Assembly: GCA_050262755.1 (NCBI GenBank) | Contig: JBLNEP010000122.1 | Span: 1 to 36,301 of the forward strand | DNA: 36,301 bases | Reading direction: 5' to 3' | Origin: Actinomycetota bacterium | Lineage (GTDB): Bacteria; Cyanobacteriota; Cyanobacteriia; Cyanobacteriales; Microcoleaceae | Shown here: piece after piece, positions 9,524-19,382 of the stretch | Numbering within the stretch: the stretch's first letter is position 1 | Layout: every line of letters starts with the position of its first letter | Notes under the pieces: model-generated | What the model saw: the letters and a program-made list of their open reading frames with translations, nothing else | Told to the model about the DNA's origin: nothing | Database searches by the model: none | Program-made: the position numbers and the translations under genes

Positions 9524-10702
9524 TTACTGGGGATGAAAGCCAAAAGGAGGTAACGCCAGCGTTTCTCCATTTTTGAGGCTGATAGTTACATTAAACTCCT
9601 CATCCCAGGTTCCTGCAACACGGGCATAAAGGTAAGGTGCATCCGTCGTCGCCACTTGTTCCACCAAAATACTGCTAGGATCGCTGACTTGCATCTTAGT
9701 CTCATCGGGTAAATTGCTACCTGTAGGCGAGCCTAAGATTAATAATAATTTCCATTCCGGAATACTTTCGGCTGATAATAATGACCAAGTAACAACATAA
9801 AGTCGTAGCGGGATAGAGGAAATTGGTAAGTTTTGATAAGCACCGCGCGCATTAGCAGGAATGGAAGTACCCCGACGCTCTAATTGAACCAGGATGGCAT
9901 CTAGTTCTTCCATGGGAGAGCGTACTATTGCCTCTGGGATATTCATCCAGCGGAATTTCTCAGTCGCAAAAGTCGGAAGCAGAACCCAAGAGAGTTGGGC
10001 TGTGAATTCATCCATTTCATTTTGTAGCCAATGCCATACATTGACGGCAGGTTGTTGGAGGGATGTTAGCGGTTTAATGAACTGAGAAATTATCAAACTT
10101 TGGGGAGTATTGATTAATGGAATTGCAGCAGGGTTTAGGAAGCGGAAGTATAGTAAGAAGTCCTCTAGATTTGTTTCAAACCAACTGAAATAAAGTGGGT
10201 AGTTCAGAGCTAAATCTGCTGGAAGTGGAGCTTTTTTTAGGTTGGACAGCAACCGATCGCCCCGCAGAAAACCTTTAATGAGTGCTGACTCTAGTTCTTC
10301 CATGACTTCAATAGCAACATAAAAATGAGCGATTAATTCCGGTGAATCAATCGCAGCCCTAGGTAGATAAATTTCTTCATCCATCAGGCTCCCAATGGGG
10401 ATAATGCAAAATTTAAAATTGCTGATTTGCAAATAGCAATTCGTTTCAAATATCTTTAAGGATGGTAGTTTGAGGAGTGAGTGGCTTTCCCAAGAGGAGG
10501 TCAGTTCTGGCGCTCGTGCTTTCAACCAAATCTCAAAACTAGAGAGCGCCAAAATATTTAGGTAAATTTGCCACTTTTGTGCTTCATTCGGATGCTGCTG
10601 GCTGAGGGCGATCGCTTGATTAATGTCAGCATATTCAAGGGCAATTGTTTCAGAAGGCAACGCTTCTAAATCAAGTGCAGAATCAGTGAAGTAGGTATTC
10701 AT
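9524..10702 (-). CDS. DUF1822-like protein (cyanobacteria-restricted family of unknown function)
   Basis: 392-aa ORF ending 12 bp upstream of the CHAT-CHASE2 gene, so likely co-transcribed with it. The family assignment is from memory of DUF1822 proteins being encoded beside CHASE2 proteins in cyanobacteria and needs an HMM check. Confidence 0.45.
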   Translation of the reverse strand: MNTYFTDSALDLEALPSETIALEYADINQAIALSQQHPNEAQKWQIYLNILALSSFEIWLKARAPELTSSWESHSLLKLPSLKIFETNCYLQISNFKFCIIPIGSLMDEEIYLPRAAIDSPELIAHFYVAIEVMEELESALIKGFLRGDRLLSNLKKAPLPADLALNYPLYFSWFETNLEDFLLYFRFLNPAAIPLINTPQSLIISQFIKPLTSLQQPAVNVWHWLQNEMDEFTAQLSWVLLPTFATEKFRWMNIPEAIVRSPMEELDAILVQLERRGTSIPANARGAYQNLPISSIPLRLYVVTWSLLSAESIPEWKLLLILGSPTGSNLPDETKMQVSDPSSILVEQVATTDAPYLYARVAGTWDEEFNVTISLKNGETLALPPFGFHPQ

Positions 10703-10803
10703 TGGCTGCCGGGATGGGGGGATTTTTCCCCTGCTAAGATTGCTGCTATGGGTTTTTATCTCTGAGAGAGCTGGGGATATGCAGGAAATTTTGATCTTAA
10801 ACC

Positions 10804-10838
10804 ATGAGCCGTTAACTGCTAAGAAGTTAACGGTTCAT
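10804..10838 (-). terminator. Strong hairpin downstream of the alpha-2-macroglobulin gene (13-bp stem with one G-U wobble, 9-nt loop)
   Basis: atgagccgttaac / tgctaagaa / gttaacggttcat. On the minus-strand transcript it is followed by GGUUUAA, a weak U-tract. Confidence 0.35.
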
Positions 10839-10953
10839 TGAAGTTGAGCAGCGATCGCGTAGTGACTGGACCGATCGGAGACCCCTTTGACCAAGACTCT
10901 GACCCATCGGGATTAACTCCCCTGTTTTTCAGACGATTGGGGGCTGTTTCCCA

Positions 10954-13900
10954 CTACTGACCCGATACAACCAACGTAGACGAAGCCGATCGCCCGAATT
11001 CTTCGGGAGCATATTGTAAGTGAGCTTCCGCCCCTGGCCACAGATAAGTCCCAGGCGTCACCGATCGCACCAGATAGTGCAGGCTATAAGCCCCTGGCTC
11101 CAAGCGGTTGCTATAGGCCACCACGCGATCGCGATACATCTGCTTATAACCAATTTGCCAGCTATCGACTTGAGCGGCCACCGCCTTTGTAGAAGTTTGG
11201 AAACTATTATCAATGGCCTCCAAACCGGCAGGAAGTGGGTCAGTAATCACGACATGATCGACCGGACGATCCGCGATAATTTCTAAACCGATATCAAACA
11301 CCTGACCCGCAGATAAAGTCAGTGGTTGACCGGGAGCGAGCTGCTGCTTTCCTAACACTTTTTCTTCACCCGCTGGTCGAATTTCTCGCACCACCCGTAA
11401 CCCATTTAAGCGACCTGGTTGATTTCCCTGCAAGCGATAGCCATAATTCACCCAATAGTGCAGTGTCCCTTTCCCCGATTTTTGCAGAAGTAAATCACCC
11501 TTTCGAGGTAACTGATCCATTGCTACATTGATAAACTGGCTGGGATTGGTGTAGCCTTCAAATCGAATTGAATCTAACTTCTTGCCAGCCAATTTCACCG
11601 TCGCTGTAAAATTAGGAGGCGTCGGCTGAGTCTTGCTGTAGTCGGCCAAAGCAGCTAAGGCTTCCGCATTATCATAAGTGCTTTGCCAAGTGCCATCCCG
11701 CCGTAAATTCAACAAGCTTTGTAACAGGCGAACAGTATTAGCAGTCGGCGCTTGAGCACCTTCTTGGGCGAGAAATAAGCGTAAAGCTTGAGCTTGTATG
11801 GCAGTCGGTGAAGCAAACCATCTGACATTTTGAGGTAAGTTGACCGTGGCACTCCGACCGGTTACATAAATACTTTTTTGCAACTCATTCACCAAAACTT
11901 TCGCTTCATTTTGCCAATCAGGAAAGAGAGACAAGTAACGCGCTAATTTTATCTGAGTTACCAAATCGTATTGAGGACGCTGCTGCACAATTTCTTGCAA
12001 AAATTCATTCCGCTTTTGACCTAAATCTGCTAAGGCAATCAGCGCAGCGAGTCGCATCTGATTTTTACACAATTGCTCTTTGCAAGACTCATACTGTCCG
12101 GGATCGGCGAGGGTTTTCTGCAAGTAGTCCCTCAAGCGAGATACCATCCCAGGATCAACTGCATTGGGGAAGACTTTAGTGGCCGATGCGACCGCACTCG
12201 TAGCATAAGCAGTAACCCAGGGGTCAGATTTTTCTTCCATCGGAAAAGAAGCAAAACCACCATCAGGCCGCTGGAGCTTTTGCAAGCGTTCTAACGCTTG
12301 AGTTGCTTGTTGGTTCGGCTGGAATTTTTTTAAACTTTTACCGTAGGTTTTAGCCAGGGTTTGCAAGTTAGCTGCGATCGATAATTGACTCGCCGCCGGT
12401 TCCAAAAATGGTAACTGTTCATCGGCCAAAACCTGCTGAGCTGGTGCCACAATTTCCGGGATCAGCGTACTAGCCAGAGAAATTTCTAAACCGCCGATCC
12501 CAGGCATCACATTTCTATCAACCTTGAGAGGAATTTTGACTTGGTTGGTGGTTGTTCCTGCTTCCACCACATTTTCAGTTACCTCTAAAGGTTTCACCTC
12601 TAAAGGTACTTCAAAAGCATCTGATGCGCCGTTTAATTGAGTCGCAAACTGAACCTTGGCTTCACCAATGCCACTCGCGACAACCGGAAAACGGTAAGCA
12701 CGAGTTCCCGTCTCAGCTTGAGTTTGCAAGGCAGACGCTGCCGGATTTTTGCCCTCAAATTGTACAGCACCAGCAACTTGAGCATTGATTGCCAGAGAAC
12801 CTTTTTGCTGAGTATTATTGGTGACTGATAATCCCAGTTGTATGCGGTCGCCGAGTCGGGCAAATTGTGGCAAAACCGGATTAGAAATCAGCGACTTTGT
12901 CGTCATAAAGGTCGCTTCTCCCTTACCAAAATTCAAATTCCCATCTGTAGCAACTGCCATCACTCGCCATGTAGTCAAATCGTCAGGCAACTTAAACTTT
13001 ACCGTTGCTTTCCCAGCAGCATCCGTCACAATGGCACCCTTGTAAAAAGCGAGTGCTTGAAAATCTTTGCGGATGCGAGTATTAGCAGCCCCCTGCGAAA
13101 AGCCACCGCCATAACCCCAACCCTTTGCCAGTGGCGAAGCCATATTTTCTAGCACTACATTCGGTCGATTATCGCTGAATCGGGTAGAAATTGCCTGTTC
13201 TGCATAGACCGTTTTCACTAAATCAGGGAGGCGGTAGCCACTCAATTGCAGCACTGCTTCATTGACCGCCATTGCGGTGAATTGACCCTGAACCGGTTTC
13301 CCCTGATTGTCCTTTAATTCCAGTTGAACTGTTTGCTCCTCTCCTGGTTGTAATTGTGCTTGCAGGGGAGTAACTTGGATGTTTAAATATTTAGCAGCTA
13401 AATTGGTTTGAAAAGGAGCAAAGCCAATTTTAACGAGTTGATCCAAACTCCCCGGTTCCGCCTGTTCCAAACTCTTGCCTTGGCGGACTAAGACCGCTTC
13501 TACTGCTGCATTCGGCAGCATTTCTGGCGTCACCTGAAATTGAATTTGTGGCGCTCCTCCCTTGACTTTAGTCACAGTTTGATAGAGAGGTTTTTCCCGC
13601 ACCACTGCGAAGTATAATTCCGCTTCTGGATAGGGAGATTGAATCAAAGCTGTTGCCGTTTCCCCTGGTTGATAGGTTTTTTTATCAAGTTTCACTTCCA
13701 GGCGATTATTGTCATATCTCCCTCCCCAATTCACTCCTTTTTCACCCGTTGCCCAAATTTGTAAATCTGTAGCGGTTCCGTCCGTTTTACTACCCGCTAA
13801 ATTCGCTTGAATGCGGTAAGAACCTGATTCCGACGGAGTCAGAGAGACTGTTTGGGGAGTGCGATTTGATTGCACTTCTTCTCTAGCAACAGTTTTGTAT

Positions 13901-16698
13901 TCAACTTGATGACGGGAATTGCGACTTCCTTCTACGACTCGCGTGACACTACTGTAATCCATTTTTTGCAGTTCTACGCGGACTTTTTGCCCTTCAATAG
14001 GTTGACCATTGGGATCGGTGACAATGACTTGAACTGGGAAAGCTTGACCAGCATCCGCTACAAATTTGCTCTGCAAACCAATCAGACGATCGCTTGGCAA
14101 TGCTGTAAATGTTTTAGAATCAGCAACCGATAAATTAGAGACATCGGAAACTTCTACATCGACCCGATAGGTCATCGGGTAAGGCAAATCTTTGCCAACT
14201 GAGATGATTTGACGACTGTTTCCCTTGGCATCTAGCACAGAATTCTGTTGGAGAACATCTGTAGAAACCTTCGGGCTTTCTTCGGGCCAAAACCACTGTC
14301 GTCCAAAGGAAAATTGTTCCCACCCTTTCGGGGTAAATTCTGTTTGTTGGCGGGTGATGTAGTATTTGGCTTGACCCTGTTCAACCGGCAGTCCGAACAA
14401 GTAATTACTTTGAACTTTCGCCTCAAAGTTCTCATTGAGGATAGCAATACTTTTATCTAAATTTAAGTCAACTTTGAAATTAGGGGGTTTGAACTCGGCA
14501 ACGCGAAACTGACCCGAAATTTCAGCACCACTTTCTCCCTTAGCTCGCAGGTTGTAATAACCTAAAGATTGATTAGAATCAATGGGTAACTCTAGAGAAA
14601 ACGTGCCAAATTCATTAGTTTTTTGACTCCCTAAATCAGTAATTGTGCCGTTAGGACTTTGCAGTGTCACTGTGTAAGAAGCATTTTTATCCTGCTTGAG
14701 CGTGCCATTTTGCAGGTAGTAAGCCGCCCCAGTTACCCAAGCTTTTTCTCCCGGTTGATACAGTTGTCGGTCTGAAAAGATTGTACCGCGTGATTCTGGT
14801 TTGTTGCTGTTCCAACCTCCATCAATGCCGTAGCCATAGGCGCCGCTATATTCTTCGGTGCGGGTGAATGCCCAATCTTTATTTTCGCGGGCAATTACTA
14901 ACAATTTTGGGGCTTTTTCAAATCCGCCTGTTTGAGATTTAATGCAGCTTTGCAAGGCGCTCCGACTCAGCAGCAACATACCATTATTATCTGTTTTTCC
15001 GGTTGCACAAGGGGCGGGTTTGGGCTGGGATTTAGCTTCTAACTGCGATTCGTAAATCTCAACGGAGGCAGCAGCAGGAGAACCATCCCAGAGGTGATGC
15101 ACCCGAATCAACCCTGACTCCGGGAACCACTGGGCAAATACTCCTAAATTCGTCACTTGTACTAAGCCATAATGAGTCGGTTCTCGCCACTGTTGATTCT
15201 TTTTTTCATCCAGGTAAGGATTTGTTTTACCTTGAACTCCATAGGCAATCATTCCTGTTGCAGCACCCAATTGTTCTCGCAAGGGAACTGTGTTCTCAGT
15301 GGTCTGATTTTTCTGGCTAGATACCGCATATTCTTTCCAGTTAGTCGGAAGAGGAAGGAGGTTATAACCCTCACCTCTGGGATAAGCCGAATCTGTATAA
15401 ACTAATTCCGTTGGTTCGACAACTTTGAAAGCAGCTTTGTACTTTCCTTCTGGTAAGTTGACCGTAGAAATATTGAGCTGTAAGTCTTTCCCGCTAGGAA
15501 AAATATTCAACCCACTTGGTGCCCAAATTTCAGCAGCAAGATCACCAGTTTCATAGGGAACTGTAATGGATTTGCCTAGGGTTTGTCCAAATTTGTCTTT
15601 GAGGTTACCACCGATAGTAATAGTATAAGTTTTGGTTGGTTCTAAGCTCCAAGGGTTGAGATTGACGAGGGGTTCATTGTCATAAGCTTGAATCAATTTC
15701 GGTTCTTTTTTCGGAGCAGGATTAATGGTAATATTCTCAAGGGCTGAATCAGCGATAATGCCGTTATTAAATTGTAATTGGGGGCTGCCTTTTACGAATC
15801 GACCGTAAGCACCATTGGCATCTGGCTGCCCAAACTGTTTAATCCCCTGAAATGCTAAGGGAGCATAGGTTTCTAATTGACTGACAAAAGGCATTTCGCT
15901 AGGGAGATTGCCACGAAGGGGGCGCAGTCCTGACTGGAATTCTAGGCGATAGCGGGTTGCTTTTTCGAGCGCTTTTTGAGGAGTAATGGTATAAGTCCAC
16001 GGGCGAGCCGATGGATCAAACTTTGCTTCTGGTTGTTGTTGTTCGGAAAAATCTTCTGTTTTATTTAATTCTATTTTCAGCGGAATTGTTTTTGTTTCCC
16101 CCTCAGGAATCAGCTTTAAATAATTGGGTGCAGAAGCTAAATCTAGTTCTAGATTCGAGGTGAATTTGAGGGTTGGGCTTAAGTCAATCGGGCGGCGGGG
16201 TCCTTCTTTATATTCAGGTTCAGAAGAAGGTAAATTTGAGAGTTTAATGGGTTCGGTGTTAAAAGTCCAAGCAATATCTTTGTCGAGGCGATGGCTGTTT
16301 AAGTCGGTTAAACCAGCTTTGACAGTCACTTGAAAGCGAGTTGCTTTGGGCAAGGCTTGTTCTGGTTGAAATCCCACCATTCGCGGAGTTAAAAATCGAA
16401 ATTGACCGGGAATAGCAGGTTTAATTTCAAAGAATTTGAGTTGGGATTGACGTTCAGGACTATCGAGGCTTTCAATGGGAATTAATGCCTCTTTAAAACG
16501 GATGCGAATTTGATCGAGAGGGGTGGCTTCAACGGTTGGGCTAATTTCCTCAATCCAGTCTGGCGGTTGGGGCGCGATCAGGGGAGAAACTGAAGGAAGG
16601 GGCTCAATCTTTGAGGAGTGATTCGCAGCACTACAAGCAGTAATTACCAGAACTAAGATGAAGGTGATTACCACACTCATCCATATTTTAAAGTTCAT
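10954..16698 (-). CDS. Bacterial alpha-2-macroglobulin family lipoprotein (YfhM/ECAM-like)
   Basis: 1914 aa. Lipobox LVITAC at residues about 18-22, then a Pro-rich linker. The thioester-domain region matches the A2M family: …LADEQLPF… about 50 aa before RPDGGFASFPMEEKSDPWVTAYA, compare human GCGEQ …DGSYSTFGE…GNTWLTAFV. Long beta-rich macroglobulin-domain N-terminal part. Divergently paired with a PBP1C gene, as in the E. coli yfhM-pbpC association. Confidence 0.88.
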   Translation of the reverse strand: MNFKIWMSVVITFILVLVITACSAANHSSKIEPLPSVSPLIAPQPPDWIEEISPTVEATPLDQIRIRFKEALIPIESLDSPERQSQLKFFEIKPAIPGQFRFLTPRMVGFQPEQALPKATRFQVTVKAGLTDLNSHRLDKDIAWTFNTEPIKLSNLPSSEPEYKEGPRRPIDLSPTLKFTSNLELDLASAPNYLKLIPEGETKTIPLKIELNKTEDFSEQQQPEAKFDPSARPWTYTITPQKALEKATRYRLEFQSGLRPLRGNLPSEMPFVSQLETYAPLAFQGIKQFGQPDANGAYGRFVKGSPQLQFNNGIIADSALENITINPAPKKEPKLIQAYDNEPLVNLNPWSLEPTKTYTITIGGNLKDKFGQTLGKSITVPYETGDLAAEIWAPSGLNIFPSGKDLQLNISTVNLPEGKYKAAFKVVEPTELVYTDSAYPRGEGYNLLPLPTNWKEYAVSSQKNQTTENTVPLREQLGAATGMIAYGVQGKTNPYLDEKKNQQWREPTHYGLVQVTNLGVFAQWFPESGLIRVHHLWDGSPAAASVEIYESQLEAKSQPKPAPCATGKTDNNGMLLLSRSALQSCIKSQTGGFEKAPKLLVIARENKDWAFTRTEEYSGAYGYGIDGGWNSNKPESRGTIFSDRQLYQPGEKAWVTGAAYYLQNGTLKQDKNASYTVTLQSPNGTITDLGSQKTNEFGTFSLELPIDSNQSLGYYNLRAKGESGAEISGQFRVAEFKPPNFKVDLNLDKSIAILNENFEAKVQSNYLFGLPVEQGQAKYYITRQQTEFTPKGWEQFSFGRQWFWPEESPKVSTDVLQQNSVLDAKGNSRQIISVGKDLPYPMTYRVDVEVSDVSNLSVADSKTFTALPSDRLIGLQSKFVADAGQAFPVQVIVTDPNGQPIEGQKVRVELQKMDYSSVTRVVEGSRNSRHQVEYKTVAREEVQSNRTPQTVSLTPSESGSYRIQANLAGSKTDGTATDLQIWATGEKGVNWGGRYDNNRLEVKLDKKTYQPGETATALIQSPYPEAELYFAVVREKPLYQTVTKVKGGAPQIQFQVTPEMLPNAAVEAVLVRQGKSLEQAEPGSLDQLVKIGFAPFQTNLAAKYLNIQVTPLQAQLQPGEEQTVQLELKDNQGKPVQGQFTAMAVNEAVLQLSGYRLPDLVKTVYAEQAISTRFSDNRPNVVLENMASPLAKGWGYGGGFSQGAANTRIRKDFQALAFYKGAIVTDAAGKATVKFKLPDDLTTWRVMAVATDGNLNFGKGEATFMTTKSLISNPVLPQFARLGDRIQLGLSVTNNTQQKGSLAINAQVAGAVQFEGKNPAASALQTQAETGTRAYRFPVVASGIGEAKVQFATQLNGASDAFEVPLEVKPLEVTENVVEAGTTTNQVKIPLKVDRNVMPGIGGLEISLASTLIPEIVAPAQQVLADEQLPFLEPAASQLSIAANLQTLAKTYGKSLKKFQPNQQATQALERLQKLQRPDGGFASFPMEEKSDPWVTAYATSAVASATKVFPNAVDPGMVSRLRDYLQKTLADPGQYESCKEQLCKNQMRLAALIALADLGQKRNEFLQEIVQQRPQYDLVTQIKLARYLSLFPDWQNEAKVLVNELQKSIYVTGRSATVNLPQNVRWFASPTAIQAQALRLFLAQEGAQAPTANTVRLLQSLLNLRRDGTWQSTYDNAEALAALADYSKTQPTPPNFTATVKLAGKKLDSIRFEGYTNPSQFINVAMDQLPRKGDLLLQKSGKGTLHYWVNYGYRLQGNQPGRLNGLRVVREIRPAGEEKVLGKQQLAPGQPLTLSAGQVFDIGLEIIADRPVDHVVITDPLPAGLEAIDNSFQTSTKAVAAQVDSWQIGYKQMYRDRVVAYSNRLEPGAYSLHYLVRSVTPGTYLWPGAEAHLQYAPEEFGRSASSTLVVSGQ

Positions 16699-16983
16699 AT
16701 CGATCTCTCTCTTTAGGGTGACTGTATCTACAGTTAGTAAGCCGTGATTTCCCGAAAGTTTTCTTAAAAAATATAGTCAGTGGCAGCCAGGGAGATATAA
16801 ATGATTAAAGCTGATATTTTGAAGGAAGGAAGGATTTTGTAGTGTTTCTTAATAAGATGAGTTTGCCCTTGACAAGTCCGGCTTTCTGGAATTGGAAAAT
16901 TGGGAGTGTAGTCTGCTTTGGAATCCGGTGAGAGTATGTTCCGGTCTGAAAGAGATGAGACCTGAAGTTGGCTGAGGAATGAA

Positions 16984-19380
16984 GTGATGAGACAGTCAAA
17001 GCAGTGGCTGATTAAAATTTTTCAGAAGGTAGAACGGAGGTGTAAAAACCCGAAAATTCGCCTCTTGTTAATGTTGGTGCTACTAGGTCTAATCGCGCGA
17101 TCGCTTCCTTACCTCGCACCCATCCGCGCCGCTGATATCGCGCAGGATCGGCAGGCGGTAGAATTTAGCGATCGCAACGGGTTACCCCTCGGTACGGTTC
17201 TCACTCGTGACCAAGAACATACGGCTGTTGTCCCCTTAAATCAAGTTTCTCCGCAGTTCACCCGCGCCATTATTGCTGCTGAAGATGCGCGATTTTACCA
17301 ACATGGGGCCATTGATGCGATCGCACTGGGTCGCGCCATTCTGGAAGCAGTGCAAGCGAAACAAATTGTGAGTGGCGCATCCACCATTACAATGCAACTG
17401 GCCCGAATGCTAGACCCCACACCCCGCACTTTAGCAAATAAATTGCGAGAAATTTGGTTATCCTGGCGCCTAGTTGCTGGTATGAATCACAACGAAATTC
17501 TTCACGCTTACATCAACCGCCTACCGATGGGTGGCAATATCTACGGCGTAGAAGCAGCATCCCGCACCTATTTTGGCATCCCTGCCGCCGAACTCAACCT
17601 TGCCCAAGCAACTCTTCTCGCCGCCATTCCTAACGACCCCAATCATCTCAATCCCTACTACCATTGGCGATCGCTCAAGCAGCGCCAGAAATACATCCTA
17701 GAGCGCATGGTTCAAGACCGCTCGATCTCGCGATCGCAAGCCGATCGAACCTTTGCTGAAGAAATTTTACTCCTCCCTCGCCAACAAGGAATTATCGCCG
17801 CCCCTCACTTTTTATTCTGGCTATCCCATCAATTACCCAAACAACATCCCTCTCAAATTCGCACCACCCTTAACCGTTCTTTGCAGCAATTTGTAGAAGC
17901 ACAAACGCAGCAAATTGCGAGCAATCTCGCCTCCCATAACGTGAATCATGCTGCTGCCTTAGTCCTCGATAATCACACCGGCGAAGTCTTAGCTTATGTC
18001 GGTTCCCCCGATTACTTTAATGCAGTTAATATGGGTCGCAACGATGGCGTACAAGCGATGCGCCAACCCGGCTCGACCCTGAAACCTTTTCTCTATCAAC
18101 TTGCCTTAGAAAACCGCGTCATTCGCCCCAACACAATCTTAGCAGACGTCCCCACTTATTACGCAATTCCGGGCGCAAAAATCTACAGTCCTACTAACTA
18201 TCATCAAGAAACTTTTTTAGGACCTGTGCGGGTACGGGTTGCTTTAGCAAATTCCCTCAACATTCCCGCCGTGCGAGTCTTAGAACAAGTTGGAGTCCCC
18301 ACTTTTCTCAACCGCCTGCACGAATTGGGATTTGAACATTTAACCCAACCCCCAGAATACTACGGATTGGGGCTTACCCTGGGAAGTGGTGAAGTTAGTT
18401 TATGGGAATTAGCAAGAGCTTATCTCATCCTCGCGAGACAAGGAGAATTGACACCCTTAAAAACAACCCTAACTAATCTTTGTGAGTTCACCAATCCAGA
18501 AGCAAAGATCGAGTCATCCAATCACCTCTGCGTTCACTCCCCTTCCTCTCCCGTTAAACTTAAAAATGACTCTGCTGACACCTGGGGATTGATTACTAAT
18601 ATTTTAAGCGACTCCCATGCCCGCGCTCATGAATTCGGAGTTGATTCTGTCCTCGCCTTACCATTTCCCGCAGCAGTCAAAACCGGAACCTCTTCTGATT
18701 TTCGTGATACTTGGACCGTTGGATTTACAACGGATTATACAGTAGCAACTTGGGTGGGAAATTTCAACGGCGAGCGCATGAACAAAGTTTCTGGTGTCAT
18801 GGGAGCAGCACCCCTGTGGAATCGAATTATGTTGCATCTGCATGACGCTCAAGAACCTACGGATTTTCCACCCCCTAAAAAGTTGCTACAACGCCCAATT
18901 TGTGCGATTACAGGGTGGCGTCCCACTCCTGATTGTCCCTCAGTTGTGCAAGAATATTTTTCTCCTGAAGATATCAGTCAATATGAAACTCATACCGGTT
19001 CTTTAAATTTATCTCAAGAGTACAATGAATGGTTATCTCGGCAGAGTCAATTCAACGATCGACGAAGTCCAGTAAAAATTGTTTTTCCTAAAAATGATGA
19101 TTATTTCCTAATTAATCCCCATGAAACCTCACGACTAGAATTCAAATTAGCTGGAATACCAACGACTCCGGTTGAGTGGTGGCTGAATGGTAAAAAACTA
19201 ACCGTACAGTCCTCTAATTCCTTGTTTTGGCAGCTTAAACCAGGGGAATGGACCTTGCAAGTGAAAGCAGGAGAAAGGACGGATCGAGTCAAATTTCAGG
19301 TGCAGCTTGTTGACAATCCATCTACCAAACGTGGCTTCTCTTTTGTCAGTTCTCCTACCTCCTCATCTCCGGGAAAGTAG
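16984..19380 (+). CDS. pbpC: Penicillin-binding protein 1C (bifunctional glycosyltransferase/transpeptidase)
   Basis: N-terminal transmembrane anchor. GT51 motifs AAEDARFYQHGAID and GASTITMQLAR. Transpeptidase motifs STLKP (SxxK), SLN and KTGTS. C-terminal extra domain typical of PBP1C, about 800 aa. Adjacent to an A2M gene. Confidence 0.85.
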   Translation: MMRQSKQWLIKIFQKVERRCKNPKIRLLLMLVLLGLIARSLPYLAPIRAADIAQDRQAVEFSDRNGLPLGTVLTRDQEHTAVVPLNQVSPQFTRAIIAAEDARFYQHGAIDAIALGRAILEAVQAKQIVSGASTITMQLARMLDPTPRTLANKLREIWLSWRLVAGMNHNEILHAYINRLPMGGNIYGVEAASRTYFGIPAAELNLAQATLLAAIPNDPNHLNPYYHWRSLKQRQKYILERMVQDRSISRSQADRTFAEEILLLPRQQGIIAAPHFLFWLSHQLPKQHPSQIRTTLNRSLQQFVEAQTQQIASNLASHNVNHAAALVLDNHTGEVLAYVGSPDYFNAVNMGRNDGVQAMRQPGSTLKPFLYQLALENRVIRPNTILADVPTYYAIPGAKIYSPTNYHQETFLGPVRVRVALANSLNIPAVRVLEQVGVPTFLNRLHELGFEHLTQPPEYYGLGLTLGSGEVSLWELARAYLILARQGELTPLKTTLTNLCEFTNPEAKIESSNHLCVHSPSSPVKLKNDSADTWGLITNILSDSHARAHEFGVDSVLALPFPAAVKTGTSSDFRDTWTVGFTTDYTVATWVGNFNGERMNKVSGVMGAAPLWNRIMLHLHDAQEPTDFPPPKKLLQRPICAITGWRPTPDCPSVVQEYFSPEDISQYETHTGSLNLSQEYNEWLSRQSQFNDRRSPVKIVFPKNDDYFLINPHETSRLEFKLAGIPTTPVEWWLNGKKLTVQSSNSLFWQLKPGEWTLQVKAGERTDRVKFQVQLVDNPSTKRGFSFVSSPTSSSPGK

Positions 19381-19382
19381 AG

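Noticed and set aside
12079-12090. CKEQ tetrapeptide in the A2M protein as the thioester
   Set aside because: It matches the CxEQ pattern but lies about 55 residues after the DGGFASF/WVTAYA block. The canonical thioester lies about 46-50 residues before that block. Probably coincidental, but left as a check in the findings.
11020-16333. Numerous 60-100-aa ORFs on the plus strand within the A2M gene, for example 11020-11286, 12838-13152 and 13870-14133
   Set aside because: All are antisense to a 1914-aa ORF with clear family homology. They are typical shadow ORFs.
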